Assembly (NCBI GenBank): GCA_964016885.1
Contig: OZ024751.1
Span: 21,390,001-21,454,000, forward strand
DNA length: 64,000 nt
Direction of reading: 5' to 3'
DNA from: Eledone cirrhosa
Lineage: Eukaryota
The notes beneath the pieces are model-generated. The model saw nothing but the letters and a program-made list of their open reading frames with translations. It had not been told where the DNA came from and searched no databases. Positions 41,130 to 54,649 of this stretch are shown piece after piece. Numbering within the stretch: position 1 is the first letter of the stretch; each line of letters starts with the position of its first letter. The translations under genes and the position numbers were made by a program.

Positions 41130-41814
41130 GTGTTGTTGTTGTTGTTGTTCTTTTATTGCAGGTGTTGTTGCTGTTGTTTTATTACAGGTGTTGTTGCTGT
41201 TGTTTTATTGCAGGTGTTGTTGCTGTTGTTTTATTACAGGTGTTATTGTTGTTGTTGTTGTTGTTGTTACAGTTGCTGATGCTGTTGCTATTGATGTTGT
41301 TAATGTCGTTGGTTTTTGTTACTGTTGACGTTGTTGTTGTTGTTGTTGTTGTTGTTGTTACTGCCCCTGTTCTTACTGCTGCTGCTGTAGTTGTTGCTAT
41401 TGCTGCAGCTGTTGTTATTGTTGCTACTGCTGCTGTTGTTGTTGTTGTTGTTGTTACTGCTCCTGTTCTTACTGCTGCTGCTGTAGTTATTGCTATTGCT
41501 GCAGCTGTTGTTATTGTTGCTACTGCTGCTGCTGTTGTTGTTGTTGTTGTTGTTACTGTTGTGGTTCTTGCCTCTTTTCCCTCGTTGCTCCTGTTCTTGT
41601 TATTGTTGCTGTTGTTGCTATTGTAGTTATTGTTGTTGTTGTTGTTGTTGTTGTTGCTGCTGTTGCTGCTGTTGTTGCTATTGCTGTTGTTGCTACTGTT
41701 GTTGTTGTTGCTGCTGCTGTTGTTGTTATTGCTGTTGTTGTTGTTGTTGCTGTTGTTGCTATTGCTGTTGTCGTTACTGCTGTTGCTGTTGCTATTATTG
41801 TGGCTGCTGTTGCT

Positions 41815-41868
<54 letters not shown>

Positions 41869-42007
41869 GCTTTTGCTATTATTGTGGCTGTTGCTGTTGT
41901 TTAGCTGTTGCTGCTGTTGTTGTTGTTGTTGTTGTTGTTGCTGTTGTTGCTGCTGTTGTTATTATTTTTGTCGTTATTTCTGCTATTGTCATTGCTGCTG
42001 CTGCTGC

Positions 42008-42086
<79 letters not shown>

Positions 42087-42087
42087 G
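41130..42087. repeat. (GTT/GCT)n compound microsatellite
   Basis: Direct reading; includes local duplications. Confidence 0.9.
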
Positions 42088-42291
42088 CACTGGTGTGATT
42101 CTGCAATGGTTTCCTCCTGCCTGCTGGCAGCTGTCATGAAGTTATAGGAATCTTATATTTCTGGGTTTTTTCTGCTTCATTCTTTCATATTTTTTTTTTT
42201 TTTTTTTTCCTGTTTTTCTTTTTAGCAAAGTAAATAGGTATGGCTTTGTTTAAAGAATAGATCTAAATCTTACACACACATATATACACAC

Positions 42292-42366
<75 letters not shown>

Positions 42367-42840
42367 GTTATACAGAAATGAATTCTACAAGAATAGTACT
42401 TTTTCATTCGTATGAAATCATCAGAAGCTGTTCACTCTCACCCAACATGACCAACCTTTGCGCTCCCTTCATCCTTATAAATGTTGTTCCTCCCTGTCAT
42501 GAATGTCATAAGTACCATATAAGGATAGCTGTTGACCCGCAGCTTCTATTACAGCCACCATAGCTTGTAATCACCACCATACCTATTTCTTGATTTTAAG
42601 GGACCTTCACAAACCTGATTTTCACCGACATATTTAATTATAGGTTGGTTGCCTGGAAGTTTTTATCTGGCTAGTACGTGCGACTCCATGTGGTTATTCT
42701 ATCCAGTCCTAATCAAATATATATATATATATATATGTGTGTATAAATGAAGTATTTCTGTAGGAAAGGTAAAGGAAAAGAGAGTGCTCTATGTAGGCTA
42801 CAGAGCTTTTTAGTTATGTAATAAACGACATAAGATAATT

Positions 42841-42906
42841 ATTTCATTTACCAATGGTTTCTTGAAGACAGATATTTATGTCTGTCTTCATTCATCAGAA
42901 GAAAAT
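42841..42906 (-). ncRNA. Type-I hammerhead ribozyme, near-canonical (left arm)
   Basis: Minus: AUUUUCUU CUGAUGA A-UGAAGACAGA-CAUAAAUA-UCUGUCUUCA-A GAAA CC AUU GG UA | AAUGAAAU; 10-bp stem II, GUA triplet. Confidence 0.7.
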
Positions 42907-43430
42907 TTATTTATGAAATAGTAAAATGGATTTGAAAACAGAGTATAGGATAAATGAAAGAGAGGCTAAAATGAAATAATGGGCAAAAATTGAGGGGGTG
43001 GGGGATTAATAAATAAATATCCAAATACATAAACATACACAAACTCATGCATATACGTAACAGTACGTAAACATATACATATATATATATATATTTATAT
43101 ATGTATGTATGGAGAGATGTGCGTGTATATAGATTTACACGTTAATACTGAGTACGTGTATGAATGCACGCCTGTGGTTGCGCATATGTGTGTGAAAGAT
43201 CATACGTATATGTGTGTATTTGTATTTCCATGCAGACGCACATATACTTATGTGTGAATGTATATGTTTACGTACTGTTACGTATATGCGTGAGTTTGTG
43301 TATGTTTATGTATTTGGATATTTATTTATTAATTTTTTTCCCCTCAATTTTTGCCCGTTATTTCTTTTCAGCCTCACTTTCATTTATCCTATATTCTGTT
43401 TTCAAATTCATTTTACTATTTCATAAATAA

Positions 43431-43496
43431 ATGTTCTTCTGATGAATGAAGACAGACATAAATATCTGTCTTCAAGAAACCTTTGGTAAATGAAAT
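43431..43496 (+). ncRNA. Type-I hammerhead ribozyme, near-canonical (right arm)
   Basis: AUGUUCUU CUGAUGA A-UGAAGACAGA-CAUAAAUA-UCUGUCUUCA-A GAAA CC UUU GG UA | AAUGAAAU. Confidence 0.65.
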
Positions 43497-43529
43497 AATT
43501 ATCTTATGTTGTTTATTATATATGTATAT

Positions 43530-43690
43530 ATTCTATTCTATTCTAGGGCGGGTAAAATTCCCGAGATCCATGGACGAGTTCTCTCCAGCGGTCTCTGTCC
43601 CTCATTATCGCTGCCATGTCCTGCGTCTCCAACAGACCAGTGTCTGTCCTTAGGGCATCAACATACGTTAACCTTGGTCTTCCTCTTCCA

Positions 43691-43692
<2 letters not shown>
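43530..43692 (-). mobile_element. RTE LINE 3' end
   Basis: GRGRPRLTYVDALRTDTGLLETQDMAAIMRDRDRWRELV then stop and a short (TAGAA)n tail. Confidence 0.85.
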
Positions 43693-43743
<51 letters not shown>

Positions 43744-43779
43744 ATATATATATATATATATATATATAACTGCAATGTG

Positions 43780-44020
43780 CATAGGTTAACTCTTTTTTTG
43801 CTCTCATATCTACTTTCCTTCCACCGTCATAAATCTGTTTCCTCTACATCACATGATTTGCTGCCAATTCAAATTCTTGTTTTTCATAAGTCAGTCTTCA
43901 AACCATCTTTGAATCTTATCAGATGTTTGTGCTAAAGGTCACTTATGCTACATTAGCTCTTCGTTGAAAAGCCTGGCTTGCGGAGACGGCATTCACTAAT
44001 GCGTGAAACATGGTCAAATT
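43780..44020 (-). mobile_element. Highly degenerate RTE fragment
   Basis: Minus strand HVSRISECRLRKP...IRFKDGLKTDL resembles the RTE GHV.RM...RLPK...RFKD.LK..L motif. Confidence 0.5.
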
Positions 44021-44059
44021 ATTATTTTTTTTGTTAAAGTCTAAAGTCTGTCTTGAACC

Positions 44060-44300
44060 CTGAGGCTCATTATGCCGGTGCTTATCCCAGTTTCTGTGGC
44101 GTTAAGCCCCTGAGAGTACAAGACTCACCCCTGGACAGGACGCCAGTCCATCGACGGGTTAAACCCCAGCTACTGCTGGTACTCATTTTCAGCTAAATAT
44201 ACTGGAGCAACGTGTAATGAAATGATTTTCTCACGAACAGAACCCAGTCCACGAACCAAACCCGTGAAGTTATTATTGTAAATCCAACACACTTACCACT
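44060..44300 (-). mobile_element. SINE family C (MetaSINE-like)
   Basis: Plus strand GCCGGTGCTTATCCCAGTTTCTGTGGCG...CCCCTGGACAGGACGCCAGTCCATCG...CCCCAGC...GCTGGTACTCATTTT resembles the reverse complement of a widespread metazoan SINE core and tail; tRNA head decayed. Recognised from memory, not searched. Confidence 0.65.
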
Positions 44301-44455
44301 ATCACTAAACATCTCAATGTTCTTTTTTCTAAGACGTGCCTTGATGTTCAGATGTTTTGCCCACTCTGAAGTACTTCAGTATCAGCAGTCATACTCTCCA
44401 AAGTTGTATCCAATAAACATACATTCTTAAAATCTTTTAAGATTACTGACCAGTG

Positions 44456-44530
44456 GCTGTTTAGCGTAGAAGTTACCAGACTCACCTGGCAAGCATCCAA
44501 GAGATGCGAGGTTCGATTCCTTGCAGACGC
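44456..44530 (+). other. tRNA-like sequence (pseudo-tRNA or SINE head)
   Basis: A-box-like TAGCGTAGAAG, B-box GGTTCGATTCC in stem GCGAGG/CCTTGC; anticodon arm does not pair well. Confidence 0.55.
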
Positions 44531-44689
44531 TTCCTGTCCACTTTTTCCGTCTCTGTGGATAATTTCTATGATTTTCTCATCTATTATTCTTAGAGTTATT
44601 TGTGTTGGAATGCGCACATTTCAAACTATGTGTATATATATATATATGATTGTAAATCCAATATATATATATGTATATATATGCCAACA

Positions 44690-45240
44690 AGAGTAAAGAA
44701 AACAACAATAACCAATACAACAGCTAGATCTACAACGAGGCCGCTCAAAATTACAATAGTAATGACAACAACAACCACCACAACATCAATAGCCAAGACA
44801 ATAACAACAATAAACACAACAACCGACACAAGAACAACAACAACCAAGACAACAACAATCAAGACAACAACAACCAAGACAACAACAACAACCAAGACAA
44901 CAACAACCAAGACAACAACAACAATCAAGACATCAACAACAATCAAGACAACAACAACAATCAAGACATCAACAACAACCAAGACAACAACAACAATCAA
45001 GACAACAACAACCAAGAGAACAACAACAATCAAGACATCAACAACAACCAAGACAACAACAACCAAGAGAACAACAACAACAACCAAGACAACAACAACA
45101 ATCAAGACATCAACAACCAAGACAACAACAACAACAAGACAACAACAACAACCAACACAATAACGAACACAAGCTACACAAGAACAACAACCAAGATAAG
45201 AAAGACAATTACAATAACAATAAGAACAACATCAACATCT
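44690..45240. repeat. (ACA)n-derived repeat with CAAGAC units
   Basis: Direct reading. Confidence 0.9.
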
Positions 45241-45604
45241 AAAACAAGCCAATTTGCTTGAGAGTAGGTTAATAAGTACATGGAAAATAAAATCAAAAAT
45301 CTAAAGTATTTAAAAATATTCAAATATACGTTGATATTTAGCATGAAGAAGAGTATCATCCCTTGAGGTTAAATTATATATAGGTTAATATGTAATTTGA
45401 ATTATTAATATAAATATCAATATTACTTTCGATTGTAAGTTTTAAAAATGAGAAAAGCATAAAATAACTCAAAAATACTTAAAGTTTAAATTGCTGCCAT
45501 TCCCCCCTCCCCCCTTAAATAAATAAATGTTAAAACAAACTAAAAGAAAAGAAAAATAAAGCGAATATTATTTTAATATTTCCATTTGATAAATATTTTT
45601 CGTT

Positions 45605-45652
<48 letters not shown>

Positions 45653-45670
45653 AGGAATGATCGACTTTCA

Positions 45671-45775
45671 TATATATATATATATATAAACGTATGTGTG
45701 TGTGTGCGTATACGTGTATATGTATGGAACTATCTAACTATATATACATATACATACATGTAAACACACACACAC

Positions 45776-45861
<86 letters not shown>

Positions 45862-45955
45862 GTGTGTGTGTGTGTTTACATGTATGTATATGTATATATA
45901 GTTAGATAGTTCCATACATATACACGTATACGCACACACACACATACGTTTATAT

Positions 45956-45968
<13 letters not shown>
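45671..45968. repeat. Near-perfect palindrome centred on (TA)n
   Basis: TAAACGTATG...GGAACTATCTAACTATA...TGTAAACAC (from 45687) is mirrored by GTGTTTACA...TATAGTTAGATAGTTCC...CATACGTTTA (to 45952). Confidence 0.9.
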
Positions 45969-46013
<45 letters not shown>

Positions 46014-46016
46014 ATG

Positions 46017-46047
<31 letters not shown>

Positions 46048-48272
46048 ATACACATACATACACACACACATATATATATATATATCAATTTCCGAATTCT
46101 TCGATTTGCACCAAGTTGACCCTATAAAAGTACAAAGGCAGGACCACTGCTACAATCACTACGAGAGTTGCTGCTAGCACTCACACCTCACCTCACCAGA
46201 CCTCTCTAGTTGGGAGTGGGTTAAGAGGACGAAGGGGAGGTGTGATATAAAGTAACTAGTGATGTGTTGATGGCTGATTTATTGACAAATATACTTTGAT
46301 TTATTGTAAAATGTTGTTGTGGTCGTTGTTGTTGTGATGCTGGTAGTGGTGGTGGTGGTGGTGGTGGTGGTGGTGGTGGTAGTGGTGATGGTGGTGTTGG
46401 AGATGTGATTATGGTGGTGGTGGAGGTGGTGATGATGATGGGGTGGTGGTGGAGATGTGATTGTGGTGGTGGTGGAAGGGGAGAGTTGTACCTGTAGTGG
46501 TCAGATGTAGGTTTGTGACATATAGAGAGTAAGGGAGATGCAGAAAAGAATGAACTGAGAAACCAAGTGAGAAAAAGTAATGGTGAGAGGGAAGTGGAGG
46601 AAAATTGAGAAAGGTTGGGAAGATGGGAAGAAGATAAAAAGAGATTAAGAGAGAGAGAGTTGGGTGGGAGAATATCAAAAGGTATCGATAGTCTTGTGAC
46701 AAGATTTTTTTTAATTATATGTCGATGTTTACAAGTACATACTACATGTGTTTCGAAACTTGAGCGTTGAAACACATGAGGTGTCTCGTCAGGTACGCTA
46801 TTGTATTGATTGGATTCTTACGTGACTTTCTGAAGAAATATTATAGTAAAGAAGAACTGAATTGTGATGCAACGGATATGCGTGCCTTTGGCCATCGCTC
46901 CTAGTTATCTCTTCTCCAGGTGGATTCAGAAAATGGGCGATATTCATGGTATGTTGAGTATCTGACGGAATGTGTGTGACCTTACGATAAAAACATACAT
47001 TCACAGGTAAATATGCATGTATAGATGAGGAGGGAGGCGTAAGAATTTGCACGCATCTCAACAGACTATCTTTTACGATCTATCATTTAGAACGTAAAGT
47101 AAGTGACTGCATGGTATACAGATACATGCAGTAGACATGTATCATATAGATGCATGCAGTAGACATGTACATGCAGTAGATATATACGCATCCATGCGGG
47201 GACTCACAACCACTCACTCATACGCGCAAAAAGGAATCCCAAATGTGAAACGCGCATCTATAGCATGTGGAAACTGATATTTGATATGGTACGTCTTTGG
47301 GCATTAATGCACTTGTGCAGATAAATTGTCGTTGACTAAATGAGTGCTGAGCTCAATAGATGTGTAGGTGAGCTTGGCAGTTATTACGTATTTAGTGGAG
47401 TCGCTGTGAGTAGTCTTTATGTGAGTAGTCTTTACGTGCCTTTGTAGTGTATAGTGGCTAGTCGAGGAGTGTCTATCTTTAAGACATGATAGTTCTAGGA
47501 TCTAACTAAACTAACGTCAGGAAAACTATTATTACGTCTGTATATATACAATCCGACAATAGCGCATATGTATGTGCTGTCTAAGGATCCCATGCTGACG
47601 TAGAAAAAACTGGTGAAATCATTTTTTTTTTTTTCTGGTGGCTGAGCCTTTACTGAAGAGTAGTGTTTATCATGCATAGGAAATGATTTCAAAATCAGTT
47701 TTATTTCGTCCCGCAAAATGTCAGGCGAATTCCATAGCTTTGACAAGGAAGGTTTTGGATTACAAGGTATAAATGTCTCTAATATCAAACTAGATGAACT
47801 GAGTCTGTTTTCTTTGTTGCTATAGTTCTTTAAACAATTTTCTACGGTGTAGCTATTATCCCATTGTTCTAATTTAGTTTTAGATATGTATATGAGTGTG
47901 TATGTGTGTATGTGCGTGTGTGACATGTATATCTGCATGCAGTAATAGTGTATATATGTGTGTTAGATCTATATTACTACCTGCACATTCATTGTTACAT
48001 TTTTGGTGTTTATATGTATGCATGGCAAATTTGTATCATTATATATGTGTGTGTGTGTGTGTAGTTTAATTATTGTCGCAAGGCAGCTGTGTATCGAGAA
48101 TAAAGGGTTTTGTACAATATCAGATGTAAACAACCAAACCATTAAATTGGATTCATACACACACAAACACTCTCTCACACACACACACACTCACACACAC
48201 TCACACACACACACTCACACACACACTCACATACACACACACACACTCACACACACACTCACACACACACAT

Positions 48273-48329
<57 letters not shown>

Positions 48330-48552
48330 AAGATACATACATACACACATGTATGTATGTATGTATGTATGTATGTATGTATGTATGTATGTATGTATGT
48401 ATGTGTACGTATACATATGTATTTGTATTTGTTTGTATTAACAGTTAAACAAATGTTGATGCACTGCAAAACATAGCGCGAGTTTTTTTTTTCAACTGTG
48501 TACACAACTATTCCAGTAATATATACACACACATATATATATATATATATAT

Positions 48553-48632
<80 letters not shown>

Positions 48633-48674
48633 CATATACTGTATTGTTTGTGTTGTTATTGCTGTTTAATTTTT

Positions 48675-48708
<34 letters not shown>

Positions 48709-48879
48709 GTGTGTATATGTATATGTATATATATGTATGCATGCATATATATGTATGCATGCATAAATATATGTATGTGTATGTATGTATATGTATATGT
48801 ATATATGTATGTATGTATCTATGTATGTATATATGTATGCATGCATATATATGTATGTTTGCATATATATATATATGTA

Positions 48880-48922
<43 letters not shown>

Positions 48923-49099
48923 GTATGTATGCATATATATTTATGTATACATATATATGTTTACATATATATGTGTGTGTGTGAGTGTGAGTGTCTACAT
49001 GTGTGCGTGTAAATTTGTGCGTGGGAATGTGTGCGCGTGTATTTGTTTATGTTGTAGCTTTACAACAATGATACATAATATATAAACATAAATAATTAA

Positions 49100-49131
<32 letters not shown>

Positions 49132-49236
49132 ATCGATAGATCAATAAGCAGATACAAACAAAGAATGTAACACATTTGAAATCTAATTGTCTGCGAGTAT
49201 TTAATGGTAAACAATGGTGTTTGGCTCGAACTGAAA

Positions 49237-50160
<924 letters not shown>

Positions 50161-50218
50161 AAGTGGAGCAACAACAATAGGGACAATATTTTGCTTCGTA
50201 AACAGATTGTTGAACAAA

Positions 50219-53200
50219 TGGTGGTGGTGGTGGTGGTGGTGGTGGTGGTGGTGGTGGGGGTGGTGGTGGTGGTGGTGGTGGTGGTGGTGGTGGCTGTGGT
50301 GGTGGTGGTGGTGGTGGTGGTGGTGGTGGTGGTGGTGGTGGTGGTGGTGGTGGTGGTGGTGGTGGTGGTGGTGGTGGTGGTGGTGGTGGTGGTGGCTGTG
50401 GTGGTGGTGGTGGTGGTGGTGGTGGTGGTGGTGGTGGTGGTGGTGGTGGCTGTGGTGGTGGTGGTGGTGGTGGTGGTGGTGGTGGTGGTGGTGGTGGTGG
50501 TGGTGGTGGTGGTGGTGGCTGTGGTGGTGGTGGTGGTGGTGGTGGTGGTGGTGGTGGTGGTGGTGGTGGTGGTGGTGGTGGTGGTGGTGGTGGTGGTTGT
50601 GGCTGTTGTGGTGGTGGTGGTGGTGGTGGTGGCTGTGGTGGTGGTGGTGGTGGTGGTGGTGGTGGTGGTGGTGGTGGTGGTGGTGGTGGTGGTGGTGGCT
50701 GTGGTGGTGGTGGTGGTGGTGGTGGTGGTGGTGGTGGTTGTGGTGGTGGCTGTGGTGGTGGTGGTGGTGGTGGTGGTGGTGGTGGTGGTGGTGGTGGTGG
50801 TGGTGGTGGTGGTGGTGGTGGTGGTGGTGGTGGTTGTGGCTGTTGTGGTGGTGGTGGTGGTGGTGGTGGCTGTGGTGGTGGTGGTGGTGGTGGTGGTGGT
50901 GGTGGTGGTGGTGGTGGTGGTGGTGGTGGCTGTGGTGGTGGTGGTGGTGGTGGTGGTGGTGGTGGTGGTGGTGGTGGTGGTGGTGGTGGTGGTGGTGGTG
51001 GTGGTGGTGGTGGTGGTGGTGGTGGTGGTGGTGGTGGTGGTGGTGGTGGTGGTGGTGGTGGTGGTGGTGGTGGTGGTGGTGGTGGTGGTGGTGGTGGTGG
51101 TGGTGGTGGTGGTGGTGGTGGTGGTGGTGGCTGTGGTGGTGGTGGTGGTGGTGGTGGTGGTGGTGGTGGTGGTGGTGGTGGTGGTGGTGGTGGTGGTGGT
51201 GGTGGTGGTAGTGGTGGTGGTGGTGGTGGTGGTGGTGGTGGTGGTGGTGGTGGTGGTGGTGGTGGTGGTGGTGGTGGTGGTGGTGGTGGTGGTGGTGGTG
51301 GTGGCTGTGGTGGTGGTGGTGGTGGTGGTGGTGGTGGTGGTGGTTGTGGTGGTGGCTGTGGTGGTGGTGGTGGTGGTGGTGGTGGTGGTGGTGGTGGTGG
51401 TGGTGGTGGTGGTGGTGGCTGTGGTGGTGGTGGTGGTGGTGGTGGTGGTGGTGGTGGTGGTGGTTGTGGTGGTGGCTGTGGTGGTGGTGGTGGTGGTGGT
51501 GGTGGTGGTGGTGGTGGTGGTTGTGGTGGTGGCTGTGGTGGTGGTGGTGGTGGTGGTGGTGGTGGTGGTGGTGGTGGTGGTGGTGGTGGTGGTGGCTGTG
51601 GTGGTGGTGGTGGTGGTGGTGGTGGTGGTGGTGGTGGTGGTTGTGGTGGTGGCTGTGGTGGTGGTGGTGGTGGTGGTGGTGGTGGTGGTGGTGGTGGTGG
51701 TGGTGGTGGTGGTTGTGGCTGTTGTGGTGGTGGTGGTGGTGGTGGTGGCTGTGGTGGTGGTGGTGGTGGTGGTGGTGGTGGTGGTGGTGGTGGCTGTGGT
51801 GGTGGTGGTGGTGGTGGTGGTGGTGGTGGTGGTGGTGGTGGTGGTGGTGGTGGCTGTGGTGGTGGTGGTGGTGGTGGTGGTGGTGGTGGTGGTGGTGGTG
51901 GTGGTGGTGGTGGTGGTGGCTGTGGTGGTGGTGGTGGTGGTGGTGGTGGTGGTGGTGGTGGTGGTGGTTGTGGTGGTGGCTGTGGTGGTGGTGGTGGTGG
52001 TGGTGGTGGTGGTGGTGGTGGTGGTGGTGGTGGTGGTGGTGGTGGTGGTTGTGGCTGTTGTGGTGGTGGTGGTGGTGGTGGTGGCTGTGGTGGTGGTGGT
52101 GGTGGTGGTGGTGGTGGTGGTGGTGGTGGTGGTGGTGGTGGTGGTGGTGGTGGTGGTGGTTGTGGCTGTTGTGGTGGTGGTGGTGGTGGTGGTGGCTGTG
52201 GTGGTGGTGGTGGTGGTGGTGGTGGTGGTGGTGGTGGTGGTGGTGGTGGTGGTGGTGGTGGTGGCTGTGGTGGTGGTGGTGGTGGTGGTGGTGGTGGTGG
52301 TGGTGGTGGTGGTTGTGGTGGTGGCTGTGGTGGTGGTGGTGGTGGTGGTGGTGGTGGTGGTGGTGGTGGTGGTGGTGGTGGTGGTGGTGGTGGTGGTGGT
52401 GGTGGTGTTGTGGTGGTGGTGGTGGTGGTGGTGGTGGTGGTGGTGGTGGTGGTGGTGGTGGTGGTGGTGGTGGTGGTGGTGGTGGTGGTGGTGGTGGTGG
52501 TTGTGGTGGTGGTGGTGGTGGTGGTGGTGGTGGCTGTGGTGGTGGTGGTGGTGGTGGTGGTGGTGGTGGTGGTGGTGGCTGTGGTGGTGGTGGTGGTGGT
52601 GGTGGCTGTGGTGGTGGTGGTGGTGGTGGTGGTGGTGGTGGTGGTTGTGGCTGTGGTGGTGGTGGTGGTGGTGGTGGTTGTGGCTGTTGTGGTGGTGGTG
52701 GTGGTGGTGGTGGCTGTGGCGGTGCTGGTGGTGGTGGTGGTGGTGGTGGTGGTGGTGGTGGTGGTGGTGGTGGCTGTGGTGGTGGTGGTGGTGGTGGTGG
52801 TGGTGGTGGTGGTGGTGGTGGTGGCTGTGGTGGTGGTGGTGGTGGTGGTGGCTGTGGTGGTGGTGGTGGTGGTGGTGGTGGTGGTGGTGGTGGTTGTGGC
52901 TGTGGTGGTGGTGGTGGTGGTGGTGGTTGTGGCTGTTGTGGTGGTGGTGGTGGTGGTGGTGGTGGTGGCTGTGGTGGTGGTGGTGGTGGTGGTGGTGGTG
53001 GTGGTGGTGGTGGTGGTGGTGGTGGTGGTGGTTGTGGTGGTGGTGGTGGTGGTGGGTGGTGGTGGCTGTGGTGGTGGTGGTGGTGGTGGTGGTGGTGGTG
53101 GTGGTGGTGGTGGCTGTGGTGGTGGTGGTGGTGGTGGTGGCTGTGGTGGTGGTGGTGGTGGTGGTGGTGGTGGTGGTGGTTGTGGCTGTGGTGGTGGTGG

Positions 53201-54490
53201 TGGTGGTGGTGGTGGTTGTGGCTGTGGTGGTGGTGGTGGTGGTGGTGGTGGTGGTGGTGGTGGTGGTGGTGGTGGTGGCTGTGGTGGTGGTGGTGGTGGT
53301 GGTGGCTGTGGTGGTGGTGGTGGTGGTGGTGGTGGTGGTGGTGGTTGTGGCTGTGGTGGTGGTGGTGGTGGTGGTGGTTGTGGCTGTTGTGGTGGTGGTG
53401 GTGGTGGTGGTGGTGGTGGCTGTGGTGGTGGTGGTGGTGGTGGTGGTGGTGGTGGTGGTGGTGGTGGTGGTGGTGGTGGTGGTGGTGGTTGTGGTGGTGG
53501 TGGTGGTGGTGGTGGTGGTGGCTGTGGTGGTGGTGGTGGTGGTGGTGGTGGTGGCTGTGGTGGTGGTGGTGGTGGTGGTGGTGGTGGTGGTGGTGGTGGT
53601 GGCTGTGGTGGTGGTGGTGGTGGTGGTGGCTGTGGTGGTGGTGGTGGTGGTGGTGGTGGTGGTGGTGGTTGTGGCTGTGGTGGTGGTGGTGGTGGTGGTG
53701 GTTGTGGCTGTTGTGGTGGTGGTGGTGGTGGTGGTGGCTGTGGCGGTGCTGGTGGTGGTGGTGGTGGTGGTGGTGGTGGTGGTGGTGGCTGTGGTGGTGG
53801 TGGTGGTGGTGGTGGTGGTGGTGGTGGTGGTGGTGGCTGTGGTGGTGGTGGTGGTGGTGGTGGCTGTGGTGGTGGTGGTGGTGGTGGTGGTGGTGGTGGT
53901 GGTTGTGGCTGTGGTGGTGGTGGTGGTGGTGGTGGTTGTGGCTGTTGTGGTGGTGGTGGTGGTGGTGGTGGCTGTGGCGGTGCTGGTGGTGGTGGTGGTG
54001 GTGGTGGTGGTGGTGGTGGTGGTGGTGGTGGTGGTGGTGGTGGTGGTGGTGGTGGTTGTGGCTGTGGTGGTGGTGGTGGTTGTGGCTGTTGTGGTGGTGG
54101 TGGTGGTGGTGGTGGCTGTGGCGGTGCTGGTGGTGGTGGTGGTGGCTGTGGTGGTGGTGGTGGTGGTGGCTGTGGTGGTGGTGGTGGTGGTGGCTGTGGC
54201 GGTACTGGTGGTGGTGGTGGTGGTGGTGGCTGTGGCTGTGGCTGTGGTGGTGGTGGTGGTGGTGGTGGTGGTGGTGCTGTCTGTGGCTGTGGTGGTGGTG
54301 GTGGTGGTGGTGGTGGTGGTGGTGGTGGTGGTGGTGGCTGTGGCGGTGGTGGTGGTGGTGGTGGTGGTGGTGGTGGTGATGACTGTGGTGGTGGTGATGG
54401 TGATTGTGGTGAAGAAGAAGAAGAAGAAGAAGAAGAAGAAGAAGAAGAAGAAGAAGAAGAAGAAGAAGAAGAAGAAGAAGAAGAAGAAGA
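50219..54490. repeat. ~4.2 kb (GGT)n tract with GCT/GTT variants, followed by (GAA)n
   Basis: (GGT)n 50219-54410; (GAA)n 54411-54490. Confidence 0.97.
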
Positions 54491-54649
54491 ATGAGCTCCT
54501 TCCTAGTGATGCTTGTTTTTAGTTAAACTCAACCCATCCTAATAAAGCAGACATGAGCTATGAAACCTTCCTGTCGTGACCAACTAGTCCTTTTTTCACA
54601 TATTGTATCTCGTTTCAAAAATACAAACCTTGTTCAGACAGGCTTCTTC

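Larger units (their letters stand above)
42819..43518. mobile_element. ~260-bp inverted repeat, each arm carrying a hammerhead (putative inverted Penelope-like termini)
   Basis: Arms 42819-43080 and 43258-43518 are reverse complements with scattered substitutions. Confidence 0.85.

Noticed and set aside
42380-42430. Minus-strand CTGATGA-TTTCATACGAATGAAA in a TA-flanked island
   Set aside because: Stems II and III cannot both form with GAAA and no stem I is found; possible relic only.
46746-46779. CATGTGTTTC/GAAACACATG hairpin as a pre-miRNA
   Set aside because: Stem too short for a pre-miRNA and no other support.
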